Source of the DNA: Lingula anatina
Lineage: Eukaryota > Animalia > Brachiopoda
Direction: 5' to 3'
NCBI GenBank assembly: GCA_051362555.1
Contig: CM120646.1
Location: 19,282,001-19,346,000, forward strand
DNA length: 64,000 bases
Position numbers and translations under genes: made by a program. The notes below the pieces were generated by a model, which saw only the letters and a program-made list of their open reading frames with translations, had not been told where the DNA came from and did no database searches. This document shows, piece by piece, positions 1 to 13,724 of the stretch (the stretch's first letter is position 1; the number at the start of each line of letters is the position of its first letter).

Positions 1-3000
1 CTGTCATGGCGGAAAACACGCAAATGCTTTTGGTAAACAGTGGGATGAAGTGGGATCATGGATTAAATATGATTAAGTTTGCTCATTACCTGGAGTGGTG
101 GGTGAAATCCCAGAGAATCTCCACCTGGTTCTACACGACCTCTTCACACACTTTTCTGCCGTAGTTTTCTCAACGGGACCATGCAGTCTTATGAATTATT
201 GCTGTCTTCTTGGTTAAATCCTGCTCTCTGTTTCATTTAAAAATCTTCAAAGATAAAATGTTTAAAAAATATATGCATAGTATACAACATGTATTTTTCA
301 AGAATGTTCAAGATTTTTCTTACTCTTTTAATTTCGTATTTAATTTTACCCCAATAGAGTGAAAGTGTGGAAGAGACGGGTTATTGTTTTTTCTAAAAGA
401 GTGTCCTGTTTACACATATATTTTGTTTCTCATTTTGTATATTGCTATTTATCATTTAGGAGTTTTAAAATCTCTATGATTTTGTGTTATATTTGAAAAC
501 ATATTAAAAAGTGTATTGAAGAGGTATTCACAGGTATTAGACAGTGCCCTTCGATCCAACTCCTCACAATTGGTGAATCAATGTTAAACAAGATTAATAA
601 AATCTGGCAGCAAATGGGGGCTGCAAAAGCCGCATTGGGTATGCCGAAAAAATTATTTTTATCCCGCATGAAGACACCATTGCAAAGAGTGTTGGTGGAC
701 CTCTTATGGAGATAAAGGATTACATTCAGCAAATGGTGAATCACCTTTTTCATTAAACAGCTTCTGCGAAAATCAGCTGAAGTGTTAAGCATGGGCTTCT
801 GGGAATTTCCAAATGTCACCCGCGTGAATGTTCTGCTTCATTATCTATCTAGCAGGGTAATGACTTCGCACCATTTTTAGAGTCATTTTTATTACTTATA
901 GAATATGATAATGTCCCTGTCATTGGAACAAAATTACTGCGAAGTTATGCTTTTGACTAAGTTTATATGCATACTAGTAGTTTTGCATTTTCTGTCTTTC
1001 TTTTACAGGCATGCATATACATGGATACACTTACATGCATGCTCACACACTGGTCGCTCACATTAAACAGCTGTCGAACACATCCACATGTAGGTGCAGG
1101 TTTCAATTTTGACAAAACCCTGTAAAACGAGGAGGTACTAGTAAGAGAATGATACCATCGTAATGAATATTAAGAACTGACCCAAACAAAGTTTAACAAA
1201 TTTAGCATTACACCTTGTTAAGTAGAAGCACACAGTGGGGGTGTACTTTTATATAAACCACAAAATACACAAACATCTGAATTTTATCATTAAAAGATCT
1301 GTCGAATAAGTACACTTTGAAGTTAATAATGCATCTAGGTCGAAAATGTAGGTATTTTAGTCTATAAATGTGACAAGGGTTCCCCTTTCTACTAGTTCTG
1401 CACTATGTGAAATGATGCAGACAACCACAAGCATTTGATGCGGTCTTGTTTCGAATCAAAATGGGTTCTCGTCAATCAAAATATGGCTTAATCTATATTA
1501 AAAAAAATGTTTGATGAAAAATAAGGTGGAAATGTCCAAGGTTAAAATTGGGATTATTACATGGAATAATATTTTTTTCACTACTTTACTTTTCATTTTG
1601 GTAATACAATTTTTATTTACTTACAATAAATAGGTTTAAAACAGTAGAATGAAGCTTTGCAGTACCCCCCCCCCCCCTTTCTTTTTTTCTTCCTCTTCCA
1701 TCAATTCCAATGAAATCCTGTCAGTAAAAAGATAACAAAACAGTCACACTTCTGTTGGATCAATTACAAACAAAAAAGTTTGTCTCGCTTTTTCCATGAA
1801 TTCCCCGTAGATTTTAGAAAATTAAATGGAAACTGCCAGTTCCTCGCTGATACGCAGATTTATTTTCATGCGACAAAACTGCATGTTATTTTGCGCCGTT
1901 CATTTATCATGCGCAGGTATTGATCTCCTGGGTGTAGGGCCCAGTGCTTATAGTGGGGTGATTTATGTGTCTGTCATTTCTGTGTGATAAACATGTGTCT
2001 GATTATGTTGACTAGTTACCACATAGATGCAGCTTCTTGCCTATCACAAAATTATAGTTTTATGTGTACACTTTCTGTTGGTTTGTTTCTGTATTGTTAT
2101 GTCGGTGTTCCATGTTCTTACATGGTTCTTACTATTGGATAACCATGAGCAATGTTTTATTGAAAAGTTGGTGGCAAATTTTGATTGGTCATCTGATAAT
2201 GATCTAATTTGGATTTGATTTGGATGTCTCGTGGTCATAATTTGTGCCCCTCTGGACTTGGATAAAAAAACAGGATACAAAGTTTTGCTGCAGTAGTTTT
2301 ATACACACAATACAGACTGACTTGTGTCATTGGTAACAAAAGATTGGAAATTTCCAAAGCAGTAAGTGCTGTATAGATAAAATTTGATTTTGTTATCAAA
2401 CTTTATTTTTCCCTTATCGGCTTATGCAAATGAAAATGTGTTGTATTTTCTTTCTGCCTAAACCCTCTGTACCCCCCCCCCTCCTCCTCCTCGTGCCCTA
2501 AGGCATTACACATGCCTCGCACACCTTGTTTCTCCAACTTGTCCAAAAAATGGAAATTGCTAAATCACGTATGGGACAAAGTATTATTTTATGGAGAATG
2601 TTCTTTACTGCCAATCGATTTCTCGTCTTTGTTTCTGCTCCTCCCGTCATTTACCTATCATTCACCGTTCTATGAAGTCCCAGTGGCGTGGCTGTAATTA
2701 CCCTTCACCCTTATCTTTCTATACATGCCCAGCAGAAAAATACTTACTATTAGATACATCTTGCAGCAGATTTTTATATAACTACATTCAAGGGGCCTCT
2801 AAAGATTTTTAAGGGCCTTTGTGCATGGATTTTCAATATGACTGCAGTGTCAGTCATTGGTTTTGTCCCTGTTTGGAATGGTATGGCCAGGAAGGATGAT
2901 AAAAAATATGATGTTATGTTACAACTTCTCAAGCGTTGCTAAATACCTTTACTTTAAATCGTACATCATTTAATACCTGTAGGCTGGAAAAAAAGGGCAT

Positions 3001-6000
3001 TTTCGCGAAACGATGCGCGTCGTGGGAATAACAGTTGATCAATCATGTCTAGAGGATCAGGTGCATGTTACAGTGTTATCTTGTGCGAGGTAGATTTAAT
3101 ACACCTATGAATACTGGAGGGGTGATTAAGCTCTCAATAACTCATTTGTTTCCTTAATTGACAAATAATAGGTAGAAGCCATTCCATGTGGTTGATTGCA
3201 CCTTTGCTGCAATGTAATTACCTTTCGTTGCGAGATCGATGCTAAGCAAGGTGGCGTGCTGTGATGTTGCACTATAACTTAATTACCGATTGCGTCCTTG
3301 CAATAGATTGATTGCTGCAAGGATGCGCAGGAGGGGGAATTATCATACCATAATCTGCCTTAGTTATATTAATGAAAATTAAGTAAAAGTGTTTTGTGTT
3401 TCGTATGTGTATGTATGGTGTAGAATTTCTGTTGGTATATTAATGACCTAGGTGCTTTTATGGTTTTAGGTCTGTTTTGTAATCTAAACGGAAATGAAAA
3501 ATTTTAACTTAAAATAGTTTGTTGTGAACAGACAACCTGAAACAGTTTGTTCAAGTTCAAATCTAAAGTCTTTTTAGAAACAATTGAATTGAATGTGTAG
3601 AAAACAGGACATAGAACACAGACCTCAGCCATTCTAGATGATATGCACAGATACTAACAAAGGTACGCCATCTTAAAATGAAAAAAATCATTGTCATTCT
3701 CAAGCCCCATCAATTTGAATGAATTTGTCAACCGCCAGTGAGGCCATTGTAAGGTGTGGCAGTTTCGCTGTGGCAGTTTTGTTTGATGTCTTGTTCAGTG
3801 CGCATCCCATTTGTTGTGATAGGAAAGCTGTCTCTAATCTCTCGGGGGGAACATCTCACTTTTGTTTGTCTTTCATTTCTGTTGAGAATGTCATGAATTT
3901 CTTTTTCTTTTACTTCCCAAAGGGGCACCTGTGTAAGCACACTTTCTAATGTCATTTCTTGTATCAACAAATGGACAGGAATGTCACACCGAATTGGCCT
4001 TTATTCAGGTGCCTTGCACCTCCCCCCCCCACGCACACACACACACACAAAAGAGAGAAAGAAAGAACGAAAGAAAGAAAAGAAAAAGGAAATATTTGTC
4101 ACCATCTGTACCTATATTCAAAGATAAGGTGTAACTTGCTAATACACAGACCGTCAGCTCCCGGAAATTTTATTCATGGAAATTATCTACCTTCATTTGC
4201 CATTCTAATCAGTTAATTTTCCCAGTAATTTAACAATTGCTTTCCCTGACAGTACAAATTATTATTCATGCCACCTGAAAGGCTGGATTACCTGGAGCAA
4301 GAGAGCAGGTTGACTTCATTACCCAGAGGCAGGGCTGCACATCTCTCATCTGCTTATGACGTGAATTGGAAGATTTTTGTGTGTTTTTGTCAATGCCATC
4401 GTGTGCATAAATTGAACGAATGACAAAATTTCAGAATTGATTTAAGTATTTGTCTTTTTATCTTTTCAGTTTTTAAAAGGGTTTTGTAAGCATAAACATT
4501 CATCATGATCAAGAGTATATAACAAAATGTGTTAAAAGGCGCAGAACAGTAAAAGATAAATTACCTCTATTTAATTCCTACTTTTCAATTGCAACATGCA
4601 CATTTGCACATCTCAAGTGTGGCATTTGTTTCTGAAAAAAAAAAACAGGTAAAACAAGTATTTATCTTTGCTAGATAAACGGGCTTTGTATCTTCTATGA
4701 AAACATCATAAGAATACAAACACAGTTTTTATTTAAAATGTTATCATTCCTGTTATAACATCTGTAGCAGGTGGCACTTCCAGCCAGTGTTGTGGAAGTT
4801 TATCCATATTTTGAGACCCTTGCTGTAAGAGTTTTGCCAGAAACCTGTCAAAACACATTGGTTTGAGTAAAGAACATGTATGAAAGGAGAGAGAGGTATT
4901 GTTTGAATTTTTCCAGCTCTGTTTTTGCAGGAAGAAGAACAGACTGCTGCGTCATCCCTGTCACTTGATTTTTAAAAACTGATATAATATTTTTGATGGA
5001 ATATTTTGAAATTTTTGACAGTTTCAGTGAGGTATGGTACTGCATAGGCTAGGTCTGACAAGTTTTTCATTTTTTTTCTTTTTTCAAATGTGTGCAAGTA
5101 GAAACTTTAATGTTATAAGACACATTTTGCTTCTTTTATGAAACTTGTCTGCCACATTAATATGGATAAGACTGCATTAGTTCAATACTTAAAAACGGAC
5201 TAATAAATAAACATCATGACAATCAAATATATACATAATAACAGAAATAAAAAATAAAATCCTGCAAGTGTTGAAAAATACACATTGAGAAACCTTTCAC
5301 TTTCACAAATACACAAAAAATGCAAATGACATTAAATGTAGTTTGGAGTATATTTCCACTTGGTTGAATAATGTCATTTATGTGCAGCTCAGCTAAGTGT
5401 GTAATTAAAAATACCTGGGGTTACCAGTTGTAGGAAATTAAAACCATGGAGGTATCTGACCTCCTGTACACATGCTATTGATTGTTAGTTCAAATAAGAT
5501 CCATTAAATTGTTTTTAAAAAATGACTAGACATAATACTGCTTAAAATGATGTAAGGAGTGGTTTCATTACTTCATTTTCATTTATTTATTGTATTTTTT
5601 TAATGTTATTTTTTACTTATTGGTTAATTGTTCAGTTTTATAAAGCAAACATCTTAAACTGATGTTATGGATTTATGTGTAAAACCCAAGTTGAATGTGG
5701 TGACAAATATTTCACAAGTCAAGAGACTTAATTTGTGTTATTCAGATCATTAGATCTATACATTCTGTCAAAAAAGGCTGTTCATTGAGATGTCTTTTTA
5801 AAGGAGAAAAGTGGACGTTACGATTTACTACATTTAAGCATTTACTGTCTCGCCTCCTGTGGCGTAAAGAGTGGGAAAGGCTATAACGCAGCATGACCTA
5901 CAGGAGCGAATTAAATCCTCATATTTGTGTCTCAGTTTTCAGTAGTTATCACTTCTACTTCTTGTTTTCACCTCAAGTGTCCTTGCTATCATTTCAATTA

Positions 6001-6271
6001 TTGAATCAAAATGGGGACAATTGCTTCAAGTTTTGAAAATAAAGTCACCATCTGTACCTATATCTCACATTTCCAGTATTTTGACGAACAGTCATCATTT
6101 TGTCCAAGTAGTATTTTTTCTTTTTCAAAGTTACTGTCCTTATCCACCTTAAAATAAGTAACAATCTAAAAGTGATTTTTCTAACCAGTTACATATTCTT
6201 CCAAATTCTATCTTTAGTATCAACCTTTACATTGGCTACACATCACAGTTCTTTACCTATAAAACACAGCA

Positions 6272-7848
6272 ATTTTTATGTACAGACACAGATGTGTCTG
6301 TACATATTGCCATCACCTGCGTCTGTCGTCGCCGTCGTCGCCGATGCCGATGCTGATGCCGATGCCGATGCCGATGGCAATGCCGTCGCCGTGCACTTTC
6401 ACTGTAAACACGATAAGTGGAACACAGTTTTATTTTTTGGTTTTATATTTACAGAGCTGATGAATATTCATAAAACGCAGGTCAAGTTCGAAAATCAGCA
6501 TGATCGGGCCATTATTGTAGAAGTTATGCTGTTTTATCACTTTTCAGCATATATGCAACCCTGTAAACACATTTTAAGGAAAACCGTTAGGCCTGTTGTC
6601 ATGAAACTCACAAGAGTAATCAATCTTACTAAAACGCAGGTCAAGTTCGAAAATTGGCATGATCGGGCCACTATTTTACTATTTATGCTGTTTTTTTTCC
6701 TTTTTTTCAGCATATGTGCAACACTGTAAACACAATATAAGAAAAACCGATAGGCCAATTGCCATTAAACTCACAGGAGTGGTCAATCTTACTAAAATGC
6801 AGGTCGAGTTCGAAAATCAGCATAATCGGGCCATTATTTAAGAAGTTATGCTGTTTTTTCACATTTCCTCAGATTCAATTCTTAGGCATGTTAACAGTCT
6901 TTTTATTTTACTAATAAGATACATTAAAGTGTTTGTTTGACATTTCCTGCATCTTTACAACATTGTTAGTTGATTATGTAAAAATGATGGTAAACTTGTT
7001 ATCGTGTATTGTGTAATAAAGTGTCAAAAATGGAAATAAACTCATATCATTGCAGTTTGTCAGATTCAATCATTCACTATGTTCAGAATCTCAGAATGGA
7101 GGAAATTGGACATTTAACACTGTTCTATTGATATTTTTCCCATCTCATCAATTTTCTTAGTTGATCATATAAAAATTGCAGTAAACTGTTTATTTTGTTT
7201 TATGTTAAAAAAGTGTTAAAAATGGAAATAAACCCATGTCAGAACAGTGCTGTCTTGTTTCACATTTCCTCAGATTCAATTCTTAGGCATGTTAACAGTC
7301 TCATTGTTTAACTAATAAGACATGTAAAAGTGTTTGGTTGACATTTCCTGCATCTTTACAACATTATTAGTTGATTATGTAAAACTGATGGTAAACTTGT
7401 TATCGTGTATTGTGTAATAAAGTATCAAAAGTGGAAATAAACTCATATCATTGCAGTTTGTCAGATTCAATCATCCACTATGTTCAGAATCTTAGAATGG
7501 AGGAAATTGGACATTTAACACTGTTCTATTGATATTTTTCCAATATCATTAATTTTCTTAGTTGATCATATAAAAATGGCAGTAAACTGTTCATTTTGTT
7601 TTATGTTAAAAAAGTGTTAAAAATGGAAATAAACCCATTTCAGAACAGTGCTGTCTTGTTAAAATTTGATGTTGAATTTGCAGTTTAACATTATGTACTT
7701 TTGCATCAGAATTGGCAGTAGCCTATTTTGTGCATAGTTATTTCCTGCTTTTTGTCTGTACATTTGACAGCTTTGCTGCCTTGTTTTCTTAGAGATAATT
7801 TATAGCCAGAGACATTGTCTCCTTAGCGATAAAGATGTATCTTTTACT
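6272..7848. mobile_element. Composite non-autonomous interspersed repeat (Helentron/HINE-like) carrying internal tandem arrays
   Basis: 5' hairpin TACAGACACA-GA-TGTGTCTGTA; (GCCGAT)n/(GTCGCC)n microsatellite at ~6326-6390; ~160 bp unit at 6471, 6630 and 6793; ~400 bp direct duplication 6860-7260/7261-7660; 3' imperfect palindromes GAGACATTGTCTC and AAAGATGTATCTTT. Family assignment is by architecture only. Confidence 0.6.
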
Positions 7849-10800
7849 TCCAGTTTCCATTGTTGTGTGCTAAGGTTTCAGATACCTTGGCGCCAGTGGT
7901 CCACATTAAAATGTCATGTATGGAGGAATGCCATTTGTATGGCTGCTATATTGCAGGGGCAGGGTACCTTTTATAATCTGGAACTGCCTGTACCTCCTTC
8001 AACAGATGTTTGTTGGAGATATTGTAACTCTCTGTTGTTTCCTCTTAATTGGTTTATCAATTATCTAAATATGTTGAGTTTGCAGATTTATTCCCCTAAC
8101 AGGTTTCCCCCACTCTCTACATTTTGTTCAATTCAGGTTCCAACTAAGATTTAACCTATGCAATAATCTCATTGAGTTGTTTATTTTAAGGGATATCAAA
8201 ATCAGCTTCAGGCCACTGTGTCTTTAATCTCACTCTAACCATAGGTATATAGTGTGTGGAATTAACTGTGGTATCAGTGGAGACTAGTTTGGAATCGCCT
8301 GTAGACCAGAAAGGCATTTTTATCAGGTTGAAACAATAGGTGTAGCCATCATGTGAGAGCATGTGGTGGTGAAGTGACATTTAATCAGTACACACAGTTC
8401 CAGGATACCTTGCCAACAGTTCTCATGTATAGGTGTCTGGTCTGTATCCATCGTTTTCCCCTATTGGATAGTCATAGTGGCCCCAGCTGTGTGTAACTAT
8501 TGATAATATAAAGAATAGGTGTTCTGTGTCAGTGCCCTTTCAGTGCTCAAGTTAAAAACCCAAATGGCCTGCAGATGCATAACTAACATATAAGATGAAG
8601 GGATACCTTTTTCCAGTTCAGCTAAAGGTCCACCTCTGCTTGGCTTATCATCTTCTCAAAACAATAGGTACTCAACCTGACTACCTCGCCAGACAGAAAC
8701 CACAGGGGTTTCCTGTTTGTTATCCTCAATATCATCTTTGTTGTATTTGAGAAAGGTTATGAGTAAGAAAGTACTAGGTGTATGTTTTATTTGAGAAAGG
8801 CTGTGAGTAAGAGGTACTAGGTATGTGGAGATAACAATGCGCTCTCCCACCTATTTTATAGCCATGTGGTTGGGAGAGCCCACTGCTCACGCTGGCGGCT
8901 CTGCAGGTGGTTATCTGGTCATGGAAAAGTTTCAGCCAAGGGAGTTCTAATAAATAGTAATAAATTATTAATTATTTTTCCCCAAACCCTCAAACAATGT
9001 TTTTGTTTTGATTTCTCAGAAATTGAAAGTTTTGTTCATTATATTCTAAAGAAGAAATTGCCTTGGGTTTTTCCCCCCAGATTTTGAACTAATTTGGATA
9101 GCAATGGTGTTTGAAATCTATATATGTATATATAAATTTCTTTAGTCAAAATATAGCATTATGAATTGAGTGCTAAATTTTTAATTGTATTGAATACTAA
9201 AACTGAAACTAATGCCATTTTGATAGAAATCAAATGAGCTCAGGTGATCCTTTGCAGACAAAAAGCTACAAAATTTGCAACTGTATTGCCTAAAATTTAG
9301 TATGGATGAAAAATTCATGTCTGTGATTCACTGAACTCAAATCCAGGGGATGTATGTTACATCAAGGCAAACTCTGCAAGGTACCTCTCCACAAAATGAC
9401 AGCAACAAAAGTAAACAAACCCAAGGTGACAGAAAGTCATGTGTGCCTGTCCATGCTGATGAAAAAAGTCAGCCAGTGATTGGCAAGATATCTGCATCAC
9501 AGGAATAACTGGAGAATATTGAGAAATGAAAATTCCACGTGTGCAATGACATGGCGGGCTGGGGGTCAGAAAGGGAGGCGCCTTGTTAAAATTCCAAGGT
9601 GGCAAAGATACCTTGGAAAAGGTAGTAGCACAGTTCACGTTTCGTTAAACAGAGCTTGGGCATAATTGAATTAATAGAGACCCAGTTCTTTTGGGATATG
9701 ATAACCAAATGAGTAATCCACGAGTGTGGCACTGGTGGTCTGGGATGGGCCCCACCTCTGGATATTTCAGCTGGTATTACACCTTTAGGGTAGATCACAG
9801 TTTACACTACCCCTGGGAACAGTTTATTTTATCAAGAAGATAAAGTTTTATGGAGCTTTTCACCTAGAAAGTGTGTTTATTTTATTTGAGGGATAGAATT
9901 CATTAAAATGTTTCACCTTTAAGGAGCTGCTGTGCCTCTGGAGGGCGAAGACTTGACACACGGCAAAAAGATTAGGTGTGCTGCATTTACAGGAGAGGGG
10001 TACTTAAGGGGATTGAATGTTGCACCTATAAAGACTGTGTCTGCCTATTGCCCTCAGTGGCTGTCTCAGGCCTCCCTGACTGCCACATACAGTCTCTCTG
10101 TCTGTCTGTCTATTTGTCTGTCTGGATTGGCTCCTAGGCTCCTGGGTGTCCCAGAGGGATATGATGAGATGACAGTGTTTATAGGGGCTGGAACATAGGT
10201 TTCAGGTGCCCCAATATTTCAACAGACTCTCACCCAAGTTCAAACATGTAGAACACATGGGGTTCATTTTAATATGCAACAAACAGTTCTCATGCACATA
10301 AACACATGCACACACACACAAACACAGGCACGCACGTATGCATGCATGCACCGAGATACACAAAGACACAGGTATGCAGAATCAAAAGCACACCTTGCAA
10401 GCCCAAAGAAGAAAATGTAAATTCACAGCTTAAAAGTTGAATCAGCTCTGTCAAGTGAGATTATTTTAAAACTTGCCTGGGTGGTTTAGGAGCCAGTGTA
10501 CCGAAAAAAAAATTAAATTCCTTCAAGAGTTTCAATCCATACATTCCACCCAGGGGCAATGGAATGATCTAAGTTTTGTGACATATCAACAACAGTTGCA
10601 TTGTGCAACAACTCTAACCAAGTTTTAAATGTCTCTTTTGAAACTTGGGGAAATAAATCACCAAAGTTGACACCATCTTGATATGTATAATTACAACAAT
10701 CTCAAATCAAGTAGCCATCCACTGATGTTTATCTGTTGATTTATGGCATGGTCTGGTTTCAGGTAAGCTGACAGGTACAAACTGTTTCAGGTACTTGTTC

Positions 10801-11168
10801 ATTAAGTTTACCTTGGTATTTTACCCTTTACCAGGAATGTTTTCCTTCAACTCACATACTTGTCTCATTATGTAGTAGCTGCTGGTGAATGATCAACATA
10901 TCTACTAGTAAGTGTTTATTTATTAGGATGATGTTTGAGATACCTGGGGGGGATTGGTTTGGGGGGTAAAGGGAGAGATGAGTCCATGTGTTGAACTCAT
11001 TGGCTATCTTAATGAACTCCCTCTCTATGCCATTGCCACCCACAGTAGATGTCTCTGGGGAGCTGTTAGGCTTGTTAGTCTCATCTGGTGCTACTACTTC
11101 AGAGGTGCTGGTGCTTCTGAGGTGCAGTAGGCAAGATGCACAGGCAAGGTAGGAGATGGGGGGATGGT

Positions 11169-11173
<5 letters not shown>

Positions 11174-11205
<32 letters not shown>
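11174..11205. repeat. (CT)n microsatellite
   Basis: Directly visible. Confidence 0.95.
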
Positions 11206-11208
<3 letters not shown>

Positions 11209-13428
11209 GTGAAGTCTTCTTTTTTTGTGACCACAGGTTTTCCATTTATTTGACAGTGGTAGAGGCATGTGACAGTGAGTTGTTTTTTATCTCCTTTTTT
11301 GTCCTCCTTTATCATGTCAAGTCATGTGATAAATCATGTGACCAAGAATGCTGTGTGTTTGTTTGTTTCAATAGATTCATTTTTAAGCGACTTGTTAGGA
11401 GCATGGAATTAATACACTATAACCACATGGCTTTATAAAACAGTTTTTGATGTCATTCGCATGCACTATAAATGGATACAAAATTGACATTCTAGTTCTG
11501 GAGAATATTTACTTTAAAAGTGATAATGCATATAAAGTGAAAACTTATATGGTTTTGAAAGAAAACCTGGTTGTCCGTCCTAGTTGTTGGTAATTTGCTG
11601 TTATGTGTCATTTACTCATGACCTTACTGCAGAAATAATTGTCAACTACTTGTTGATGATATCATAATGCAAGTAAGTAATGTTTGAGGTCGTGTAGATG
11701 AGGCCTTTCAAGTATTTTACAGGGATTGTTTTCATCGTCCAAGTTCTGGTTTGAAAAATTCATTTTTTCACTTTTAAGCTTTAATGGCCTTGTCCCTTTG
11801 AAAGTTCAGACACCAGAATGGTTATGTCTGAAAACTGTTTCTGAGCCGTCTTTAATTTGTAGGTGGCTTGTCAACTGAATATTTGCATGAGCGGGTAGAC
11901 ATCAGACGGTGAGCTAACGCAAGAAGAGTTGATACTGTTAAGCTGTCAAGTTGTCACAATATACTTTCTCATAAACACCTTTATAACTATGAAGCAAAGT
12001 TGTCTAAAAGGCTTAACTACTGCACTCACCAAATATTAACTCTTTTGTGTAGACATAACATATGAGTTTGATAAAGCCACAGGAAAAATACATCACATAT
12101 AGAAGTAAGCATACAGCTTAGACAAGTTTGTTCTGAAGGAAGGGTGGTAGCCATACAAATGTACTGTTCCAATCTTTCTAACTTTTAGTGTGAGATTTCA
12201 AGAAAATAATTAATTGACAATGCATAGCAAAAAAAGAGTTGTATACACCTTTGAAAGGATATGTCAAGCGGAAGGAAGGGTGGCAGTAGTTTTAGATTCC
12301 ACTATTATTTACTAAAAATAGAAAGAACTTAGGTACAGAGCGCTGTCAAATTAATTATACTTGAATGCCAAGGATATGATACAGTTCTTGACAGTTGCCA
12401 GTGACATCAGAAGTGATTGAAAATGATAAATTTTGATTTTGAAATAGGCACCAAAATGTATCTAAAGATAAAACATAAAGAAGAGAATGATAGTGCAACT
12501 GTGCTGAAACATTTGGTTGATAGGGAGGGAGACCTGTTTGGAAACCAGCTTGCTCCATGCTTGAGTAAAAACCACAAACTAACCACCTCAAACCCAACAG
12601 TGTGTCATACTATACAAGCAATTCCAACCCAGATCCCCATTAAAAGGTACACACAGTTCCAGTCTTCCAAGGTGTTTCCCACACTCAGCAGATAAACACT
12701 GATGCCCTGTTATATAAATAAGCAGCAATGCATGGTAAATAAGAGCAGCAGGAGCCAGGGAGATTGATGGGCAAGGTGGTTTTGCAGGGGACAGAGCACC
12801 TGCAAACAGAATATAAACTTACACCCTGTGGGTCAGGGTCATTGACCCAAAGATGGTGGTGTGATCCTGACAGTCGGTGGTTGAAGAAGACCTGCAGACT
12901 CAAGAGATGGGCATCGTCACTCAGGGTGTGTGGTTTTTTTGACAATCTAATTGTGAGCTTTGTTTATAAGAAAAACTGTTAGATCTCATTTGTTTAGCAG
13001 ATTTTGAATTGAGGTGTCTTAATTTTTTTTCTTTGTGAAACTTGTAATTGACAATAATGTTCTTTTACGTATGTTAAGGGCAAACATCCTAATTAGAAGT
13101 TGTTATGTTCCAAAATCTGGCACATAACAAATAGCATCTTTCATACACATAATAATTGTGTGCTTGGCGGCAGCTGGATAAAAATTGATCAAAGTATCAC
13201 TGCACTGTTTGGGAGCTGTATCCTTAACTTTAACAAGAAGAAACAACTTGTCTCAGTAGTGTTCTGGCACAGGCAGTTGCTTTAACCTTAGAACATACCT
13301 AGATTTGGAGAGATCTTTTATTTTGACAAATCTAAGACATTTGAAAGAGTGACATTTTAGGTTGAAGTTTGTGTAAGAATGAGAGGATGTTGAGACTGTT
13401 TGATAGTATCAACACAGACCGTCTGGCT

Positions 13429-13724
13429 GCAGGGGCCAGTTGTACAAAAGAATGGAAAATTGGTCCAAACTTTAAGATGGAAATCTTGGGTCTACTATGG
13501 CCTAGGACAAATCAGTAGTAGTCAACTTAAATGAAATATTGAGCCTTTTTCTCTCAAAAAAAAAAAAGGAAGTGGTTTTGGTTTTGACCAAAAGTCACTT
13601 TAGTATAGTGATCTACTGATAATTTATCCAAAATTGAAGGGGGAATTGAAGTTGTCCCAGATTTTGGTCTCAAAGTTAAGAGTAGCTATCGGTCAAAAAC
13701 TGGCCTTGTGAAAACCAGCTTCAG
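13429..13724. mobile_element. Degenerate MITE-like element
   Basis: Imperfect terminal inverted repeats CAGGGGCCAGTTGTACAAAA and TTGTGAAAACCAGCTTCAG. Confidence 0.4.

Noticed and set aside
6-38. ATGGCGGAAAACACGCAAATGCTTTTG|GTAAAC as the ZEB first exon
   Set aside because: It ends in phase 0 while the 18683 exon needs phase 1, it shows no resemblance to the ZEB N-terminus, and the upstream context is cut off.
6172-6729. 185-aa ORF with an ADADAD run
   Set aside because: Product of the microsatellite and tandem repeats of an interspersed element.
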